The notes below the pieces were generated by a model. That model saw only the letters and a list, made by a program, of their open reading frames with translations. It ran no database searches and was not told where the DNA came from. This document shows positions 10,852 through 20,299 of a stretch of DNA of 44,397 nt, piece after piece (positions within the stretch are counted from its first letter, which is position 1; each line of letters opens with the position of its first letter). The translations under genes were made by a program, and so were the position numbers. Where the stretch lies: positions 1 through 44,397 of the forward strand of contig JBHIFL010000036.1 in NCBI GenBank assembly GCA_046761065.1, in the 5' to 3' direction. This stretch comes from Candidatus Heimdallarchaeota archaeon (lineage in GTDB: Archaea; Asgardarchaeota; Wukongarchaeia; Wukongarchaeales; JBHIFL01).

Positions 10852-11421
10852 TATCATTACAAAACCACAAGTAGGAAACGTTTAGATTCTTTTGGAGCCG
10901 GATAAACAGTGGAGGCTTCCTGCTGACGGATCAAGAGTCAGCTCGAATGCTATCTTTTTAGTAAAAGCATATATTCAACATCTGCGCGACATAGAAGAAA
11001 GCAAGACGACCGAACCGTCGTAGTTCATTATTATAAAGGTCAGTTAAAAAAGGTGAAGCTAAATAAAACGGAAGAAACAAACCCGTCCTTCCCCCTTTTT
11101 TCCGAACCATCCTAGGCTTCATGCACTCCTCGAAGGGAGTCCCGAACCAAGAGTCACAGCCCAGATGGGCTCCCTCCCACCTCTTAACTGCATTTTCAGC
11201 TGTTATAGTTGACCAATCAACTGTTCACAAGAGCCCTCGCAAACGAAGAATAGTTTAGCTTCTCGTCGGCATTCTTCACCACATTACCTGCTCTTTGAGG
11301 ACAGTGCTATTTTCACGGACGTAAGAAACCTCTTTATTGTTCCCAAAAGACCGTCGACAAACAAAGGTTTGAGCTTGTCAGGGGAGAGGATGCGCGCTTT
11401 CGAGGAGGCTCGACTTCTTTA

Positions 11422-12468
11422 CTATGGCCTTTGCGTGTGTCTCCGGGTTAACAAATAGCTGAGCCCATACGTTGCCCCCAAACTCGCATAAGCAGCGATC
11501 AAGAGACTACTGATGAGATCGTAATTAGCCCACAGGGCCAGCCTAAGTCCTAAAAGAAAGATCGTTATGCTAAACATCCACTTGGTAATCTCACGTGGGT
11601 TTTCATCTGGCATAAGAGCCATACGCTCGCGCCGTGGGGCTTGGTTCAAGCCAGGGAGCTCTAATTTAGGGGCTTGACCTTCACAAGTGAGGCTGCAAGG
11701 CAATTCGGTGTTTTCAGTCCCACCTGATTCCACTAGGTGGCCTGTAGTGATTACCGATTTCCCCCGATTTCCAAACGCCATTCGCGCGGGAAGCCGCTCT
11801 GGTCCCTCACCGTTCCCCACCAGCTCGTGTTCGGGGATGAGGACGCTTCCTGGGTGATCATCCGCTTCGTCTGCAACCACCAGGCCTTCTAGGAGAGCGA
11901 ACTCAGCGGCTTCTCTCTTTCCCTTAAACCTAGAACCTCTCGATAAGTCTAGATCAGAGTTTTCCGCAGCTTCGCTCGAGGACTCTTTGCCTTCGCTTTT
12001 CAGTGCTAAGGGATCGAGAGCCTCGTGCTCTGAGGTAGGGGCTTCTGGCGCCCCTTCACCTCCGATATCAAGCCTAGTACCACTCGAGACGCTTCCCCGC
12101 GCCTCCGGACCTCCGGTCTCAAGCTCATCTCGCTTCCTTGCCGGATCAGAGAGGACTAAGCCTTTAAACTTCTGTTTGGCATACCGGCTCCGCCCATACT
12201 TGCGGGCAATTCGCTTATGAGAATCCGGCACCACCCGACCCGGATCGGAGAACCCGGCCTCCCACGAGGTTCCGGAAAAGATGGCCACATCTATAAGAAT
12301 CACCTGCGTATCGGCATCCTTAAATCGCCACGTGGTCTTTGTCGCAAGCCCCCGCCCCGTCTTCGGGGAGTATCCGGTCCATGTGAGGATTGTTAACGTG
12401 TCCTCCTCCAGCTGGACCGCGGTGCCGTTAGGTTTTGGCTTCGGAACCTCCAACCTTTCACCTATCAT
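11422..12468 (-). CDS. Hypothetical protein with a low-complexity middle region and two C-terminal TM helices
   Basis: 348-aa ORF with a purine-rich SD (GGAGAGGGGAG) upstream. C-terminal hydrophobic pair WMFSITIFLLGLRLALWA / LISSLLIAAYASLGATYGLSYLL. Confidence 0.65.
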   Translation of the reverse strand: MIGERLEVPKPKPNGTAVQLEEDTLTILTWTGYSPKTGRGLATKTTWRFKDADTQVILIDVAIFSGTSWEAGFSDPGRVVPDSHKRIARKYGRSRYAKQKFKGLVLSDPARKRDELETGGPEARGSVSSGTRLDIGGEGAPEAPTSEHEALDPLALKSEGKESSSEAAENSDLDLSRGSRFKGKREAAEFALLEGLVVADEADDHPGSVLIPEHELVGNGEGPERLPARMAFGNRGKSVITTGHLVESGGTENTELPCSLTCEGQAPKLELPGLNQAPRRERMALMPDENPREITKWMFSITIFLLGLRLALWANYDLISSLLIAAYASLGATYGLSYLLTRRHTQRP

Positions 12469-12599
12469 GGAGCTCTCTCCCCTCTCCTGCTTGGTTGATT
12501 GTTGTGGGCGTTCTCCGTCATGGAAACCACTCTTCTGTCTCCCCGGAAGACCCTCGGCGTTTCTCTAGGCAACTTCCCATTCCCAACTTCATTTCCCGT

Positions 12600-12778
12600 T
12601 ATTATAGCCTTCCACAGTACCGTATTGCAGCCCTACAGTACCGTATTATAGACCTCTACAATATCCCATACTCACTATTGTAGCCCTACAGTAACTCAGA
12701 CCCACCTATTGTAGACCTCTACAGGACGGTTTGTAGACCTCCACATTATCTTACCTACGCGTATTGTAGACCTCTACA
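12600..12778. repeat. Array of 7 palindromic direct repeats, consensus TATTGTAGACCTCTACA
   Basis: Copies start at 12600, 12623, 12644, 12676, 12707, 12730 and 12762. The core TGTAGA-CC-TCTACA is an inverted repeat (short variant TGTAG-CC-CTACA). Linkers are 6 bp or 15-16 bp. Confidence 0.9.
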
Positions 12779-12839
12779 TTATCTCATTACTCACCACTTT
12801 GACTATGATTGCCCCGTTCCAAATGACATGAGTCGGGGA

Positions 12840-13496
12840 TTACTCCTCACCCCGTAATGGGGCTTCCTCTAATGTCACCTGACGCTCGAGGGTAGCTGCC
12901 TGTGGGTCGATGATCGCATACCGCCGCTTCAGGGCACTCCGCGGCTCCCCGGTCCAGTCACTCACCCCACACACCTGCCGGTGCGGATCGCTTACGGGGA
13001 CCTGGAAATGGGCGGTCACCAACCAGTCGTCTCGGCTCAATGGGGGGAGGGTGTCGGGGCGTTCCTCCCGCAGTTGCGCCTTCAGGCGGCGCAGGGCATG
13101 GCGAGTCCTTCGCCCCTGGTTGGCCGCAATCGCACGTTCCAGCCCGATCCCGTCGCCATGCACCACCAGGACGTAGTTGTCCCTGCACCAGAGCCAGGCG
13201 TGCGGCTTGAGGATCAGGCCCGATTGCCAGAACTTGGTCATGATGCTGGCGTCGTGATTCCCCGGGAGGAGGAGGGTCCGTTTCAACAGGCCCAGCTCCT
13301 GTAACTCATCCCGCAGCGCGTAGAAGAGGGCGAACACCTCCTCCACCTGCCCGTACTTCAACTCCAACGTGTCTCCGGCTAGGATCAGCGTGTCAATCTC
13401 CTCGCACCGCCGCCGGATCTCCGCCACCCCGAGCTCGTAGTGGGATCGCGGGTTGCCAAGATGGAAATCCCCGAACATAAAGATCTTTTTGGACAT
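12840..13496 (-). CDS. Calcineurin-like metallophosphoesterase
   Basis: GDFH, AGD, GNHD, HGD and AH motifs. The start was reassigned to ATG 13496 (MSKKIFMFGDFH), preceded by a GAGGTGG SD. Confidence 0.88.
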   Translation of the reverse strand: MSKKIFMFGDFHLGNPRSHYELGVAEIRRRCEEIDTLILAGDTLELKYGQVEEVFALFYALRDELQELGLLKRTLLLPGNHDASIMTKFWQSGLILKPHAWLWCRDNYVLVVHGDGIGLERAIAANQGRRTRHALRRLKAQLREERPDTLPPLSRDDWLVTAHFQVPVSDPHRQVCGVSDWTGEPRSALKRRYAIIDPQAATLERQVTLEEAPLRGEE

Positions 13497-13513
13497 TTCG
13501 CAAACCACCTCTT

Positions 13514-15832
13514 TTACACCACCCGGCGGAGGACCTGGCGGAGAGTCCCATGGGCCCGCGGGGAGTACCCGCGCACTAGGGCCCGCAACCACACACACGC
13601 CTCGCAGTACATGCGACACCGGCAGGTGGTGAGGTTGTTTCGGGTCACCTCCAGGATCGCCTTGAGGTGCTCAAAGAGCTGTTTGCTCGCCCCGGTGGGC
13701 CCGCCCCGGTCGAAGATCAGCAATTCATAGCCCCGCCGGCGCTCATCGCCGAGGGGAAGGACGTCCAACTCCCCGGGGTCGAGGGCTAACTCCTCCTTCG
13801 CCGCGCGGAGCACGGCCGCGCCGAGGTGGAGGGCCTCGTGGAGGGTGAATCGATGGCCCTTGAGCCGGATCGTGAGCCCTTCCGTCCGATACAGCGCATA
13901 CCGCCCCCCGCTCTCACTCTGCTTCTTCTCCACGAGTTCATGGGTCTGGAGATTTCGGGTAATTAGGGTCTTCACCACTAGCAGCATCTCGAGTTCCCCA
14001 AACCACGCGACCACCCGTCCTCGTGGATGGGCCGCCCATGTCCCCCACCCCTTCCGGATCTCTCGTTCAACCGGATTCTTAGAGTAATATCGTTTGGTCG
14101 TTTCTTCCACAATGACCTCCTCTCTCGTGACCTCGACCACTTTCCAGACTCGCTTCCCCAGCAGTAAATAGTTCCCCGGCAGACCAGTTTGCGCTACCTT
14201 CTCGAGGTCAATGTACCCCACTAGCTTCCCGCTCCGGGTTCGCACCCGTAGCTCTGGCAAGGCAGTCATTAGCCCCAACGTGAAAAACACCTCCTCACTC
14301 TTCTTGAGATGCGTCTGGAACTCCCCCTCCGTCCGCTGGACGAGCCCCTCAGCCAAGTAGTCCGTCAGGACTTCAGTGACCTTCTCGTCCAGGTACTCCG
14401 GTTGGGTGAAGGGGAAGAGCCAGGTAAAGTCCTGCTGCGTGAGCCCCAGCGCCCCACACAGGAACAGGGCACTCCGAAGGAGCTTCTCGCTGAAGTATGT
14501 GTAGTCGACTGGTTCAGGCTCAAGCCGCTCCACCAACTCCTGTAACTTGTCCCGGTGTTCCAGATAGTAGCTGTCCATCCGTCCCTTGATCGTGAGAAAC
14601 CAGTACACCTCCCCGGTCTGCTCGGGATGCCGGGCAACCCGCATGATCTCTTGGTGCAGCCCTCGTTTGCCTCCACTTGGGAATCCGAGGATAATCAAGA
14701 GTTCCAGGTGACCAAAATTGAGCCCGGCTTCCACCGCCCGCGTGACTAATAAGCCCCGCACCTGCCCTGCTCGGAACCGCTGCAGCATCTGCCGCTTCTC
14801 AGCCCAGGGTAAGTCCCCGTGGATGATCCCAAAATTACAGGCTATCAGCTCTTTCAGGACCGCCGCCCGTTCCAGCAGGAATTTGTTATCCGCATAGATC
14901 ACTACCTGCTTGCCGGCATAGATCGTCCCCCTTTTTAAGTGATCCAGAAACCGATCGAACACCGTGATTCTCCCCTCCGTCCTGTCCACCCGCCCCGTGT
15001 CCAACCCGTACGTATAGAGCCGGATGGTCCCATGCCGGGCCTTCCCCCGCACCACCGCCGCGTTATCCAAGAGCTGCTGGGCTAACTCCTCCGCATTGGG
15101 GATGGTCGCACTGTTGAACACCACCCGGAGCGGCTGCTGCGTCACCTCGGCATTGTATTTCTTGAGGATCCGATATACGGCGAGCAGGTACGCTAGGCTG
15201 TACCCGCTATAATAGTCCACTTCATCACAGACCAGCATCCAGGGGCTGGTTAGTGTCCGCACCCACCCCTCCTCTCCCCAAACAAGGGCCCGGTACAACG
15301 TGTCCTTCCACATGTACAGGGTCATCAGGAGAATGTCGAGCTCCCCCCGACTTGCCGCCTCCCGGATCTTCCGGCGCTCCTTCCGATTCAGGTCGGTCGT
15401 GTACCGCGCGATGCGTAACTGCCCGTCCATCAGGGCCGCATTGTGCTCCCGGAACCGGGCCTCTTGATCGAACAGCAGAGCGTTGTTCGGAAACAGGTAT
15501 AAGGCGACCCGCCCTGCCGCCGCAAACCCCTCGCCATCTGGGTCCCCCGTCCCCCGCTCGCGTTTGAGGTTCTCTTCGCAGACCACGGTGTACGTCACCT
15601 CGGTCTTCCCTGTCGCGGTCCCCGACGCATTCACAACGTCCCGCTCCTCTACTACCCGCAAGAAAGCCTCCTGGCTCTTGAACACGCTCCACCCATAGAT
15701 CGCCTCGATTCGAGGACCTACATGGGGGAGGAGCTTAGCCCACGGGGTGACGCTATCCTCCCCATCCGAGCGGGGATACACCGCCTCCGCCAATAGGTTC
15801 TTCAATATCAATTCTTCAGTCATCCTCTTCAC
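13514..15832 (-). CDS. YprA/Hrq1/SftH-like SF2 helicase with C-terminal DUF1998 (MZB) Zn-binding domain
   Basis: Motif I SGTATGKT, Ia FPNNALLFDQ, II DEVDYYSG, III SATIPN, V EAGLNFG, VI QEIMRVAR. C-terminal IFDRGGPTGASKQL...CRCRMYCEAC. Confidence 0.85.
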   Translation of the reverse strand: MKRMTEELILKNLLAEAVYPRSDGEDSVTPWAKLLPHVGPRIEAIYGWSVFKSQEAFLRVVEERDVVNASGTATGKTEVTYTVVCEENLKRERGTGDPDGEGFAAAGRVALYLFPNNALLFDQEARFREHNAALMDGQLRIARYTTDLNRKERRKIREAASRGELDILLMTLYMWKDTLYRALVWGEEGWVRTLTSPWMLVCDEVDYYSGYSLAYLLAVYRILKKYNAEVTQQPLRVVFNSATIPNAEELAQQLLDNAAVVRGKARHGTIRLYTYGLDTGRVDRTEGRITVFDRFLDHLKRGTIYAGKQVVIYADNKFLLERAAVLKELIACNFGIIHGDLPWAEKRQMLQRFRAGQVRGLLVTRAVEAGLNFGHLELLIILGFPSGGKRGLHQEIMRVARHPEQTGEVYWFLTIKGRMDSYYLEHRDKLQELVERLEPEPVDYTYFSEKLLRSALFLCGALGLTQQDFTWLFPFTQPEYLDEKVTEVLTDYLAEGLVQRTEGEFQTHLKKSEEVFFTLGLMTALPELRVRTRSGKLVGYIDLEKVAQTGLPGNYLLLGKRVWKVVEVTREEVIVEETTKRYYSKNPVEREIRKGWGTWAAHPRGRVVAWFGELEMLLVVKTLITRNLQTHELVEKKQSESGGRYALYRTEGLTIRLKGHRFTLHEALHLGAAVLRAAKEELALDPGELDVLPLGDERRRGYELLIFDRGGPTGASKQLFEHLKAILEVTRNNLTTCRCRMYCEACVWLRALVRGYSPRAHGTLRQVLRRVV

Positions 15833-18800
15833 CTCTTCCTAGAACGTCCTTGGATCACCGGGGGTTCCGCTTTATCATATTCCCACCCCCGTTTGAGCCG
15901 CTCTTCTATGGGGCTCAGGACCTCACTCAACTCCTCTAACACCTCCCCCACTGATAACCATGGTATGTCCACCACCCTCTTGTACCACAATCCGATTTGC
16001 TTCGGAGTTTCGATGAGGAGCGTCCGGAGTTTCTTCACCGGCTCAAGATCCTTCAGCTGTGTCGGAATCGGAATAAACGGCTGATACGGCCCTGGCTGGT
16101 TCTTCTGAAGACATTCGAGCAGGTGCACCACATGCGCCGCGTGGGCTTCCGCCAGAGGTCGGACTTCTCCTCGGTACCAGACTGCCTCCTCCAGAAAGGC
16201 CGTGACCAGGGTCTCCAGCACCCGGCTCCCCCACGGCGTCGGCGCGCACCGGGGGAACCCTTTTGGAGACAGATGCTCCTGAAAGTGCTCCGCCGTCAGG
16301 TCCTGGCCCAACAAGGCAAAGATTATCCGGTTCCCGAGGAGCCGCTGACTGGGTTCTTCCAGATCCAGATGGGCTGCGAGCGCGGGGTTGTCATGGACCT
16401 TGTGGGTGAACAGTTCCACCGTCTTGTACCCCAAGCACAGGTCTTCATACTCGGTTTCGGCATTGCTCGCCCGGAGGGTGTTCCGCAAAATCTTGCTGCC
16501 TCGGTTTTGGGCCGCATCCAGCTTCGTTTTCCCGGCCGCCGCGTGGGTGGGCTGGTAGTACAACCGGTCGCCTTTCCGCCCAAATGTCCGCCCAATTCCT
16601 TCCCGCACGATCTGTTCCCCCGGCCGGGTCCTATACAAGGTCTCCCGGACATATTTCTCCACTTCCTGGGCAAGGCGCCCCTCACACGCCATAAATGCCG
16701 CAGGACTGAACTTCCGGTGCTTCACAAACTGCTGTAAGATCCGCAGTTGAGCCTTCAGTACCGCCTTCGCCCCCTCCTGCAACTCTGCCGACCCCTCCAG
16801 TAACTCCAGCGTCGCCACCACATAGCTGACGAGGAGCCCCCAACCATACTTCCGCCGGAACGTTTCGAACCATGGACATTCTTTCAGAACTTTGACCAAC
16901 GCCTTACTCACCTCGGGGTGGCGGGGCGGGCTGAGCCCCAGAAAGCGTACCGGGATCCCCCGCGCTTCTAAGGCCGCGACCAGGGCCGCATCGGTTTGGA
17001 CCATGACATATACATTGGGGAGGGGGAACTCCTCCGTATAGTTGGAGGGGTACATGACCACCAGCCGGTCCCCTTCAATGTGACCCTGACAGTCCCAGGT
17101 CACATACACGAAATCGGTCGTCTGTGGGGCGTGTTCCGGCAGGTCGGGGTCCAGACTCGAATAGTGACGAACCAGCCGGCAGATCTCCACCCGATAATCC
17201 ATCTGCTCGGCCGCTCTCCCATCTATGCGCCCCTTGTACCGCGCCCCACAGCCCTGACAGACAGCGACCCGGCCAACTTTCGGCTCGCGGTCCAGCCACC
17301 CATCACACTCCGGCCGCCGACAGGGCCACCCCTCGATCCGCCCTACGGGCCCAAGCTTGGCGACTTTCTCGAACCCCTCCAACGGGAGGAGCCGCCCCTG
17401 TTCCCGGGGGACATACCACTCACACGCCACCGAGTTCGGTGTCACCACCCCATAGGTCGCCCGCATCTCCACGCGGAGGATCGCGGCCGGGAGGAAATTT
17501 CCCCCTTTCTTCTGCAAGTTGTACCATCCCGAACAGCTCCGGTCGTTCCGTTCATACATCCCGCATTCCCCGCAGACTGATTCTTCACTCTCCAGCAACT
17601 TGAGCACCCCTCGAGCTTGGAGTCGACACACCAAGACCAAGAGGGGTCTCCCCCGCCCTATCGCCTGGGTGGTCAGCCGACAGGCTTGCAGCACTTGGAG
17701 CAGGCCTCGCGGCAGCGGGTCAAGCCGCTCCAGCAGTAGCCGTAGCAACTCTCCGAGCTCCAAGCCATTCCCTGTCGGGAAGTACAGATTGAGGAGATGG
17801 TTGACACTCCGGCTCGGAACCGCGATTTCCTGTCCCAGATCTTGGTACCACACGATCCGGCTCGGTTTGACTTGGGTGGCCTTGTCATGGAGCGGCGAGG
17901 TCAGGATTCCGTACAGATGGTCGGTGATTCGGACCAACGCGCTCTTGAAGCGGACTTTCTTCCTCGCTTGCCAATATTTGGCCTGCCCCTCGTCCTCCTG
18001 CAGGGCAGCGCCAAACCGCTCCTCGAAGGTCGGGATCTTGCAGTCCGGATTGATCCGACAGATCTTATAGACCTGCACCATGGCGCGGAGGGAATGTTGG
18101 GCTTGTTGGCCAAACGACACGCCTTTTTTGCCCCGGCTGGGTGCGGAGGTGGGCCATGGATCCTCTTCTTCCAACCCACCTTCAGCCATCCGCTCTACAA
18201 GCTTAATCTTCTGCTCTTCGGTCAATTCCGGGGATTTGAGGCTGGTGAAGAGCTTCATGTAATCCTTCGCCCGGCGATAATCTTTTGCAATCAGCGTCCC
18301 AACCTCCGTACATTGGAAATACCCTGAAGCTCGGACCTTCTCTTGCTTCTTCTTTACCCCACCCTTGCATGCCCGTTCGTCCTTCCCTCTACCCTCTTTG
18401 GCCCTGCACGCCCGCTTGTACTCGTCCCGCTCCTTGGACGCCACCGCACCTTGCTGGGGGGCGCGCTCTCCCTTTGCCGCCCCCAGGAGTGGCTCTTCAT
18501 CCGCCACTTCCGAGGGGCTCTCGCCTTCTGCTCCGGCTTGTTGCGTCATATCCTTCGCGCATATCCCCACAAAGGGGGCTTTCACACGGGAAGTACAACG
18601 CCGGACTAGCCCCACCTCATCAGCCTTGGCCCACTCAAACTGAGCGGCCGCCCGCTCCCAAAACTCCGCCAGCTCATCAATATAAGGGCCATCCGGCTCT
18701 TCTTTCGCTTTCCGAGCAAGCACAAAATACGGGTAAGCCTTCTTCACATTCCGTTCGAACTGCTTCTTCGTCTGCGGCCAGCGTAGGATCCCTAACACAA

Positions 18801-20250
18801 AATCCAAGTCGCGGTGCATATACCAAGGGTCGATCCGGGGGCAGAGTTCGAATTGCCGCTTCATCAACGCTTTCGGTTTCTTGCCCCCTTTGAAATTCAC
18901 CTGCACCAGCTGACCCCCAGGTTTCAGGAACGCTGCTACTCGCGCCAGCTCCACTCCACTGACGAACCGCTGACTGTCGACATAAATCACGTCCAGCTCG
19001 CTTTCCGGGGACTCGTTGAAGTCTAATTGCTCCTCAACCACGAGAAAGGGCTTCCCACCCTCCCACCACGTCTTCCCATCTTTGGAGTACCTCCCTCTCT
19101 GCCTCCATCGAGTCAGGGAGGGCACCCCAATATGAATCCCGGAGCCGGGCTCTGCCAGCTGGATGTCCGCCCCTTTCACTAACACGGCATAGGTCACCCC
19201 CGGCTCCAACATGATTTCATGGACGGAAAAGTCCACCCGACACTTCGTGAACGTCTCCGCATCCCTCCAGTACTTCGGATCGTCCTTGTCCAGCAGTACG
19301 GACGGGGTAAGGCGTTCCAGATGCCTCTCTTTGCCTACTTTATAGACGGAACACTCTAAAGCTCCAGTCTTCAGGACGCCGTGCGTTCTCACATAGACCC
19401 CGAAGTGTCCGAGGCGGGTTGGCCTCTCCACCTGGAACTGTTGTATCATCCGGTACTCACTCGATCGGAATATGAACTCCGCCTCCTCTGGCGGGTGGCT
19501 ATAGATACAGAAGCTCTCGGTTCCCAGCGCCTTGGCATGCTCCCAGAGCTCATCTAGTGTGCGGAAGGTGGCCTTCTTCGTTTCTTGCAGCTCATAATGC
19601 AACCGGCGGTGCTGCACCATGGTCGGCTCCAGCCCTAACGACTCCAACCACTTCCACAAACGCGTGGGTTCGGGATGGCTCACCAGGAATACCAGAGGGG
19701 GGCGTAATCGGGCGTATTTGGCGAGCCGCGTCACCACGTTTGAGGTTTGATCCCATTCTTGCCTCATGAGCTCCGCCTCCAGCCCCACTAGGAAAATCCG
19801 TTGAAGGCCGAGCCCCTGCCGCCCCATCTTCTTGATCCAGTTGGATAACGCCAGGGGGCCACTAAAATACACCTTCGTCTTCTCCACATCTTCCGTCTTG
19901 GTTTTCCCGAGCTCCGTCGCTTCATAAGCCTCTTTGAGGGCGAATTGGCTCGTGCTCAGGCGCGCCAGCGCCGCCCAGAGCCGCCGCTTCAGGTAGCCCG
20001 GACTAACGATCAGGTAGCTGTTCCCTTTCCGCACCCGTTTTACCCCTCCCTCGTCCGTTGCAATTTCCACATACGTACGCTTGTCCTCAATCGCGAAAAA
20101 TCGGATCAACCCTTTAAGGATATCGCCAAAGCGATCCTTCCTCGGGTCACTGTACACCATACACCTCGATTTGTCGAGTAACCCATAAGCCAAGCTTGGA
20201 AACCCTTGTTCCGTCAGGTCTTCAAGGGGGTCGTCGATCTTTTCCGTCAT
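15829..20250 (-). CDS. cas1: Giant (1473 aa) multidomain protein with a C-terminal divergent Cas1 integrase domain, Zn-binding motifs and a probable degenerate helicase-like N-terminus
   Basis: The C-terminal region follows the Cas1 motif order: FMACEGRLAQ (cf. LMGIEGxAA), LDAAQNRG (cf. DPVNAxLSxG), LFTH...ALAAHLDLEE (cf. GFLH...SLALDLME), GSRVLETL...WYRGEVRPL...PYQPF (cf. GRK...Y.G...YxPF). Upstream CxxC pairs: CGEC, CRRPEC, CQGC. Confidence 0.75.
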   Translation of the reverse strand: MTEKIDDPLEDLTEQGFPSLAYGLLDKSRCMVYSDPRKDRFGDILKGLIRFFAIEDKRTYVEIATDEGGVKRVRKGNSYLIVSPGYLKRRLWAALARLSTSQFALKEAYEATELGKTKTEDVEKTKVYFSGPLALSNWIKKMGRQGLGLQRIFLVGLEAELMRQEWDQTSNVVTRLAKYARLRPPLVFLVSHPEPTRLWKWLESLGLEPTMVQHRRLHYELQETKKATFRTLDELWEHAKALGTESFCIYSHPPEEAEFIFRSSEYRMIQQFQVERPTRLGHFGVYVRTHGVLKTGALECSVYKVGKERHLERLTPSVLLDKDDPKYWRDAETFTKCRVDFSVHEIMLEPGVTYAVLVKGADIQLAEPGSGIHIGVPSLTRWRQRGRYSKDGKTWWEGGKPFLVVEEQLDFNESPESELDVIYVDSQRFVSGVELARVAAFLKPGGQLVQVNFKGGKKPKALMKRQFELCPRIDPWYMHRDLDFVLGILRWPQTKKQFERNVKKAYPYFVLARKAKEEPDGPYIDELAEFWERAAAQFEWAKADEVGLVRRCTSRVKAPFVGICAKDMTQQAGAEGESPSEVADEEPLLGAAKGERAPQQGAVASKERDEYKRACRAKEGRGKDERACKGGVKKKQEKVRASGYFQCTEVGTLIAKDYRRAKDYMKLFTSLKSPELTEEQKIKLVERMAEGGLEEEDPWPTSAPSRGKKGVSFGQQAQHSLRAMVQVYKICRINPDCKIPTFEERFGAALQEDEGQAKYWQARKKVRFKSALVRITDHLYGILTSPLHDKATQVKPSRIVWYQDLGQEIAVPSRSVNHLLNLYFPTGNGLELGELLRLLLERLDPLPRGLLQVLQACRLTTQAIGRGRPLLVLVCRLQARGVLKLLESEESVCGECGMYERNDRSCSGWYNLQKKGGNFLPAAILRVEMRATYGVVTPNSVACEWYVPREQGRLLPLEGFEKVAKLGPVGRIEGWPCRRPECDGWLDREPKVGRVAVCQGCGARYKGRIDGRAAEQMDYRVEICRLVRHYSSLDPDLPEHAPQTTDFVYVTWDCQGHIEGDRLVVMYPSNYTEEFPLPNVYVMVQTDAALVAALEARGIPVRFLGLSPPRHPEVSKALVKVLKECPWFETFRRKYGWGLLVSYVVATLELLEGSAELQEGAKAVLKAQLRILQQFVKHRKFSPAAFMACEGRLAQEVEKYVRETLYRTRPGEQIVREGIGRTFGRKGDRLYYQPTHAAAGKTKLDAAQNRGSKILRNTLRASNAETEYEDLCLGYKTVELFTHKVHDNPALAAHLDLEEPSQRLLGNRIIFALLGQDLTAEHFQEHLSPKGFPRCAPTPWGSRVLETLVTAFLEEAVWYRGEVRPLAEAHAAHVVHLLECLQKNQPGPYQPFIPIPTQLKDLEPVKKLRTLLIETPKQIGLWYKRVVDIPWLSVGEVLEELSEVLSPIEERLKRGWEYDKAEPPVIQGRSRKR

Positions 20251-20299
20251 GTGTTCTGACCTCTATAAAGGGTATCGTGTTTTATTTAAGGCATTTAAC

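Noticed and set aside
12600-12778. Canonical CRISPR array
   Set aside because: The repeats are only 15-17 bp, and the linkers are 6 or 15-16 bp and similar to each other. Reported as a phased repeat array instead.
13514-15832. Cas3 helicase
   Set aside because: No HD domain, and the motifs plus the C-terminal four-Cys DUF1998 domain fit YprA/Hrq1 better.
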